A stretch of 64,000 bases of DNA from Minisyncoccota bacterium (GTDB taxonomy: Bacteria; Patescibacteriota; Minisyncoccia; UBA6257; 2-01-FULL-56-20). The notes under the pieces are model-generated. The model ran no database searches. It saw only the letters and a program-made list of their open reading frames with translations, and was not told the DNA's origin. This document shows, piece after piece, positions 59,770-64,000 of this stretch. The position numbers were made by a program, and so were the translations under genes. The stretch lies in NCBI GenBank assembly GCA_035541435.1, contig DATKNL010000010.1, forward strand, positions 94,477-158,476. The letters run 5' to 3'. Each line of letters opens with the position of its first letter. Positions within the stretch are counted from its first letter, which is position 1.

Positions 59770-60342
59770 ATGACCATGTCCTTCAATCAGTCTGTTTTTC
59801 TTTTCGTGCATCACCTCGCCGGCCGGAGCGGATGGATCGACGGCGTCGGCGTCTTCTTCGCCGACTGGCTTCCTTACCTGCTCGCCGCGGGATTCGTCGT
59901 GTTCGTGCTCGGGCAGAAGGGATGGCGGCAGCGCTTCTATCTTTTCGCCGAAGGCGCCCTTGCGGTCATCGTGGCGCGCGGGCTCGTGACGGAAACGATC
60001 CATCTTCTCTATCACGAGGAGCGGCCGTTCTCGTTCTATCATTTCGCGCCCCTGGTTCCCGGGATCGGCTGGTCGTTCCCGTCCGCGCATGCCGCCGCGT
60101 TCTTCGCGCTTGCGACCATGCTCTGGTATTTCAACCGCCGCTGGGGCGTCTGGTATTTCGCATTCGCCGTCATGAACGGGGTCGCGCGCGTCTACGCGGG
60201 CGTCCATTGGCCGCTCGACATCGTGGGAGGCGTCGCCGTCGGAGTCCTGTCAGCGATGGCCGTGCATGCGGCCCTCAAGGCGAGCCGCCAGGCGCTCGAG
60301 CATTCCGTGGGTCACGCTTTCGATAACTCTGCCGTGCAATAA
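59770..60342 (+). CDS. PAP2 family phosphatase (undecaprenyl-diphosphatase BcrC-like).
   Basis: It has PAP2 motifs (SFPSAH and ARVYAGVHWPLD). Confidence 0.7.
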   Translation: MTMSFNQSVFLFVHHLAGRSGWIDGVGVFFADWLPYLLAAGFVVFVLGQKGWRQRFYLFAEGALAVIVARGLVTETIHLLYHEERPFSFYHFAPLVPGIGWSFPSAHAAAFFALATMLWYFNRRWGVWYFAFAVMNGVARVYAGVHWPLDIVGGVAVGVLSAMAVHAALKASRQALEHSVGHAFDNSAVQ

Positions 60343-60716
60343 GGACAGCGCCGCGCCCGGAGGGGGATCGTGCTCGTGCATTCCGGGCATTCCTTCGTCG
60401 TCGCCTCGGGCGGCGGTCCCTTGCGGATGCGGTCGTTCAGCTTGTTGACCGGCAGGACGACGAAGAAATAGATGGTTGCGGCGAGGATGAGGAACGAGAT
60501 GACGTTGTTCAGGAAGTCGCCATAGGCGAACTGGCTTCCGTGAACGGTGAACGTAAGGTCGCTGAAATTCGGCTGGGTTGCGATCGCGGCGATGAGCGGC
60601 GTGAGCAGGTCCTTCACGAGCGCGGTCACCACGCCGTTGAACGCGGCGCCGATCATGATGCCGACCGCGAGGTCGATCACGTTGCCGCGCAAAATGAACT
60701 GCCGGAATCCTTTCAT
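60312..60716 (-). CDS. mscL: Large-conductance mechanosensitive channel MscL with a C-terminal zinc-ribbon-like tail.
   Basis: The sequence reads LRGNVIDLAVGIMIGAAFNGVVTALVKDLLTPLI (MscL TM1). The C-terminal tail is ECPECTSTIPLRARRCPYCTAEL. Confidence 0.8.
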   Translation of the reverse strand: MKGFRQFILRGNVIDLAVGIMIGAAFNGVVTALVKDLLTPLIAAIATQPNFSDLTFTVHGSQFAYGDFLNNVISFLILAATIYFFVVLPVNKLNDRIRKGPPPEATTKECPECTSTIPLRARRCPYCTAELSKA

Positions 60717-60736
60717 GGATTCAGTATATCAGACCG

Positions 60737-61699
60737 TCAGAAGGGCAGGCCGAAGTGCGCCCGCAGGAAGTCCAGGATGGCCGCGAAGGGCGATGTCGGC
60801 ACGACGGCGACGGTCGGCGCGTTGCCGCCGAAGGCGGAACGCCACCCGCCGGTCCGCGGGATGCGGCTCACGAAGGACGGCGTGTCGCGGCCGGCCGAGA
60901 CGACGTTTGACCGCAGGACGGTGAAACTCGCGCCGTCCGCGCCGAGCGGCGAAGGCGAAGCGAGTGCCGCGCCGTCAGGGGTCATCATCGCGACGCCGCC
61001 GGCGCGGGTCTCGGCGATCGTGAGGGCCGTGCCGTCGGCTGTCGCGGAGCCGTTCGTAAACGAGACGCTGCCGAACCGGTCGAGCGGGAGCGCGCCGATG
61101 TTCGCGGTCGGCATCTCCTCGATCCATTCCGCCGAAGATCCGTCGTCGCGATAGGTGACGGTCGTGCGGTAGTTCTCGCCCGTCGTCGCGTCGGCGAAGG
61201 ATACCGACCACACGTTCGTATCGGACTCGGTGATCGAAACGTTCACGGCGTCGTGCGCGTGGACGTCGAGCGGGATTGTCTTCATGTCCTGCGGCAGGGT
61301 TTCGAACCAAGCCTGATAGTCCACGGCGCCCGAAGGGTCGGTGAGGGCCTGCGTCCCGGCCTGGATGAGTGCGTCGCTCGAGACGCCGCCGATGCCGACC
61401 CAGGTCGCGTCAGCGGTCGTCGACGATGCGGGTGCGACCTGCGGGACGACCCACGATCCGGCGACTGCGGTGAAAGGGCCCTGATCCGTCATATAGCCGG
61501 ACCAGTTGAGCGAGGTGTTGAGGCCTGTCGCGACGAGCGGGGCCTGGGGTGCGGCGACCGGCGTCGCGCCGTCGGGAACGGCGGCCGCGCGACCGTGCCG
61601 CCATCCGTTGGATGCGGCGAAAACCGGCGCCCAGGCCAGCGCCTGCGCGATGAAGGATGCGGCAACCACGACGGCGGTGAGCGTCACGGCGGATTTCAT
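60737..61699 (-). CDS. Secreted peptidase of the G1 (eqolisin/scytalidoglutamic, Pfam Peptidase_A4) family.
   Basis: It has a signal peptide (MKSAVTLTAVVVAASFIAQALA) and the family hallmarks NWSGY, TAVAGSWVVP, WVGIGG, LIQAGTQ, YQAWFE and SAEWIEE. Confidence 0.7.
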   Translation of the reverse strand: MKSAVTLTAVVVAASFIAQALAWAPVFAASNGWRHGRAAAVPDGATPVAAPQAPLVATGLNTSLNWSGYMTDQGPFTAVAGSWVVPQVAPASSTTADATWVGIGGVSSDALIQAGTQALTDPSGAVDYQAWFETLPQDMKTIPLDVHAHDAVNVSITESDTNVWSVSFADATTGENYRTTVTYRDDGSSAEWIEEMPTANIGALPLDRFGSVSFTNGSATADGTALTIAETRAGGVAMMTPDGAALASPSPLGADGASFTVLRSNVVSAGRDTPSFVSRIPRTGGWRSAFGGNAPTVAVVPTSPFAAILDFLRAHFGLPF

Positions 61700-61765
61700 A
61701 CCCTCCCTTATACGCCCCGCGCTCCGCAGTGTTTCATTCCGAGCTGTCATCCGTAGTATCAGGAT

Positions 61766-62008
61766 ATGGCCCGACGCTATGGCAGAAAATCGCAGCAGAA
61801 GGTGAAGCGCGCGATGCACGAAATGAAGCGCGGCAAGCTTAAAAGCGGCCGCAGCGGCAAGACGGTCCGCAGCCGAAAACAGGCCATCGCCATCGGTCTT
61901 TCCGAGGCGCGCCGATCGGGCGCAAAGGTTCCGCCGGCGCCGAAGCGAGGAAGGGGACGAGGGCGGTCCTCTACCCGCACCCGCAAACGCTCAAGGAAAA
62001 GCAGATAA
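61766..62008 (+). CDS. Hypothetical small highly basic protein.
   Basis: It is an 80-aa Lys/Arg-rich ORF overlapping the 5' end of the peptidase ORF on the opposite strand. No family was recognised. Confidence 0.35.
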   Translation: MARRYGRKSQQKVKRAMHEMKRGKLKSGRSGKTVRSRKQAIAIGLSEARRSGAKVPPAPKRGRGRGRSSTRTRKRSRKSR

Positions 62009-62070
62009 TTTTTCGTCGCGCCTCTCACTTGAACCGCCGGACGGAGTGCGGTACCCTTAGGTGTCATTTT

Positions 62071-62157
62071 GGAGGCGTGGCCGAGTGGCTTAAGGCAGCA
62101 TCCTGCTAAGATGTTAGGGGAGAAATCCCCTCGAAGGTTCGAATCCTTCCGCCTCCG
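62071..62157 (+). tRNA. tRNA-Ser (GCU), type II.
   Basis: It has acceptor GGAGGCG/CGCCTCC, anticodon loop CTGCTAA, a long variable arm, T-arm GAAGG-TTCGAAT-CCTTC and discriminator G. Confidence 0.85.
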
Positions 62158-62287
62158 CAGACAAGGTAAAAGTATCGTAGCAACCGTCTTATATAGCTTC
62201 TTAGTGCGACCGCCCTACCCGAGGACAGGAGGACGGCCGAACTTTTTGATTTTTAATTTGTCTAATTCTGGGCTTTGATCCTTCGGG

Positions 62288-62920
62288 TTAAAATACCATC
62301 TTCGTATCTCCCCATCCTCCTTTCGGAGAGAACTCTCCGGCGATGGCACGCTCGTGTATTTCCCACGGCGTAGCGCCCGCTTCGCGTGCTTCCACTAATT
62401 TGTCGGGATCGACGGGTGTTATTTTCGGTTCCATCGTTTTAATATGCTCCGTCGCGGTCTCCCACGAGCTGTAATTGTTGACGAAGATCTCTACGTTGTT
62501 TCCGTCGGGATCCATCCAATAGAACGACGTGCCCACGCCGTGGTCGGCCGCCCAGACCGGCTTGATGCCTTCGTCCTTCAGGCGCACGTAGGTGCCCAAG
62601 AGGTCATCCAAGGTAGGAATTTCAAATGCCACGTGTTGCAGCCTGAGATGTTTTTGCTTGTCGGGGTCAGTTTTGACGCCCTTAACTTCGAAGAGGACGA
62701 TGCGGTGATCCACCTCGTCATTGCCCATAAACGTTGCGGCCGAAAAGGGTGAAAATTGACGCGCAACAAGCCCCACTTCCGAACGATGATTTACGTTCAT
62801 CCCTAATACCCTACGGTACCACTTTGCCATAGCATCCATGTTGGCGGTGACGAGCCCGTAATGCATCAGTTTGGGATGAGCGATGACTTCTGCGTTAAAT
62901 TTATTATTTTTTGTACTCAT
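62288..62920 (-). CDS. VOC family protein (glyoxalase/bleomycin-resistance/extradiol dioxygenase fold).
   Basis: It has two betaabetabetabeta modules (HYGLVTANMDAMAKWYRRVLG and HVAFEIPTLDDL). Confidence 0.65.
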   Translation of the reverse strand: MSTKNNKFNAEVIAHPKLMHYGLVTANMDAMAKWYRRVLGMNVNHRSEVGLVARQFSPFSAATFMGNDEVDHRIVLFEVKGVKTDPDKQKHLRLQHVAFEIPTLDDLLGTYVRLKDEGIKPVWAADHGVGTSFYWMDPDGNNVEIFVNNYSSWETATEHIKTMEPKITPVDPDKLVEAREAGATPWEIHERAIAGEFSPKGGWGDTKMVF

Positions 62921-62950
62921 TGGTTTATTTATATTTAATTAGTTTATATT

Positions 62951-62967
62951 ATCTTAGTTGCTAAGAT
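62951..62967. promoter_or_regulatory. Palindromic operator (7-3-7) in the divergent VOC/MarR intergenic region.
   Basis: ATCTTAG-TTG-CTAAGAT is a perfect inverted repeat in an AT-rich spacer. It matches the typical pseudo-palindromic architecture of a MarR binding site. Confidence 0.55.
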
Positions 62968-63005
62968 ATTTACATGGTAAGCGATGTCTGCTATCCTTGT
63001 CAAAT

Positions 63006-63470
63006 ATGGAAAAAGGCCGACTTTTACAGAATTTAGGACAGGCCATGATGGGCCTCAGCAACGAGCAGATCCTACTCCATCAGGCCGTTGCCGACGCGCT
63101 TGGCCTTAATATCACGGATCACAAATGTGTGAACCTTATTGCGCGGTTCAATCCCATGACCGCAGGTAAGCTTGCAGAACTCACCGGCCTCACCACGGGA
63201 GCAATCACAGGCGTCATCGACCGGCTCGAGAAAGGCGGCTATGCAAAGAGAATCCTCGACCCCAACGACAGGCGCGTGACCGTCGTCGAACTGACCAAGA
63301 AAGGAGAATCGATCAGCAAGATATTCTTGCCGCTGGTTAAGAAAATGGGAAAAGCGTTTGAAGCATTTAGCGACAAAGAACTGGCTGTTATTCTCAAGTT
63401 TGTAACTCTCGCCGCGGAAACTTCTCATGATGCGGCGAAGGAACTCAGGAAGAAAAGCGGAAAGAAATAA
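63006..63470 (+). CDS. MarR family transcriptional regulator.
   Basis: It has a winged-helix region (MTAGKLAELTGLTTGAITGVIDRLEKGGYAKRILDPNDRRVTVVELT). Confidence 0.8.
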   Translation: MEKGRLLQNLGQAMMGLSNEQILLHQAVADALGLNITDHKCVNLIARFNPMTAGKLAELTGLTTGAITGVIDRLEKGGYAKRILDPNDRRVTVVELTKKGESISKIFLPLVKKMGKAFEAFSDKELAVILKFVTLAAETSHDAAKELRKKSGKK

Positions 63471-63603
63471 GGAGAACTCTCCATGGGAGAATAAATCGGT
63501 AAGTTCGAATCCTCCCGCCGATATGGATAAATTAAAAAACTCAATAAAATCAATGGGATGGCACCAGGGCGACCGAGACGGTTCGAATACTGCCGCCCCC
63601 GCC

Positions 63604-63643
63604 ATGCTAAAAAAGACACTCATATGAGTGTCTGTTTTAGCAT
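63604..63643. terminator. Long perfect hairpin flanked by A-tracts and T-tracts (bidirectional terminator-like).
   Basis: The sequence atgctaaaa-aagacactca-ta-tgagtgtct-gttttagcat is a nested perfect inverted repeat. Confidence 0.6.
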
Positions 63644-64000
63644 TTGTTGAGATGAAGGATTCGAACAGCGGAGGGGGTCGGGGAACCGCGATCGGTTCCC
63701 CGTGTCGGAGAGCCGCTGAGAACCGAGGGTTCTGAGGGTGCGAGCATAGCGAACGATGTTCGATTCCCTTCCGCCTTCGCCAGCGGCGGATTTGGAAAAA
63801 CCAGGGCTTCGTCAATTAAAAAAATAGCTTCTACTTTTTTGTAGAAGCTATCCGTTCTTGCGACGGTTAACCCGTCAGAACAAAGTCAATCCGTACCATA
63901 CCCTGCCATCGCAGCAAGTTGATGGGGATCGCTGATGCGCGATCCAGCATCGAACCGGTCACGATATCGGTAGTCGAAATCGAACGATGTGCGGAGCACT

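Noticed and set aside
61766-62008. Whether the small basic ORF is a ribosomal protein.
   Set aside because: It has no match to any r-protein signature I recognise. Lys/Arg-rich ORFs arise easily and it partly overlaps the 5' region of the minus-strand peptidase ORF. It is kept only as a low-confidence hypothetical.

Overview
This is a GC-rich, gene-dense bacterial chromosomal segment whose AT-rich islands are confined to intergenic regions. Gene order is scrambled: nusA is followed by ppa and clpP, nusG by rpsR, and gyrA and gyrB are 34 kb apart. The S1 protein is short with four domains, and rpsO and rpsR stand alone. Together these suggest a reduced-genome, Patescibacteria/CPR-like lineage. 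This is an inference, not a database result. Recognisable housekeeping genes include comM/yifB (truncated at the window edge), yraN, nusA, ppa, clpP, tyrS, ftsH, glyA, folD, rpsA, gyrA, xerC/D, rpsO, pnp, recA, ftsK, clpB, htrA, a cysteine desulfurase, gyrB, secE, nusG, rpsR and mscL. There are nine tRNAs, one of them a tRNA-Ile with a UAU anticodon. The accessory content is where the interest lies. (1) At 22.6-29.8 kb there is a solute-binding protein followed by five tandem paralogs of a small, signal-peptide-bearing two-helix protein that resembles VirB2/TrbC-type pilins. One paralog carries a Cys-rich extracellular tail. Three membrane or hypothetical genes follow, and the cluster ends at tRNA-Leu. 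(2) A ~100-nt structured repeat element is present in at least three or four copies, mostly abutting tRNA 3' ends. Each copy has a long perfect outer stem carrying GAAAGGG...CCCTTTC and a conserved inner hairpin TCGTTTTCTGCTGAAAAC. (3) Upstream of yraN there is an AT-rich array of about seven 36-bp direct repeats, each with a perfect 14-16-bp palindrome, plus four TCCGGCAAA repeats. (4) A flavinylation-type extracytoplasmic electron-transfer module is present: an FMN-binding protein with an SGAT motif, ApbE, and an RnfD/NqrB-like domain fused to an FNR-type reductase. (5) There is a set of secreted peptidases (M13, S8/S53 and a rare G1/eqolisin). Many long antisense ORFs in the six-frame track are GC artefacts and were rejected.
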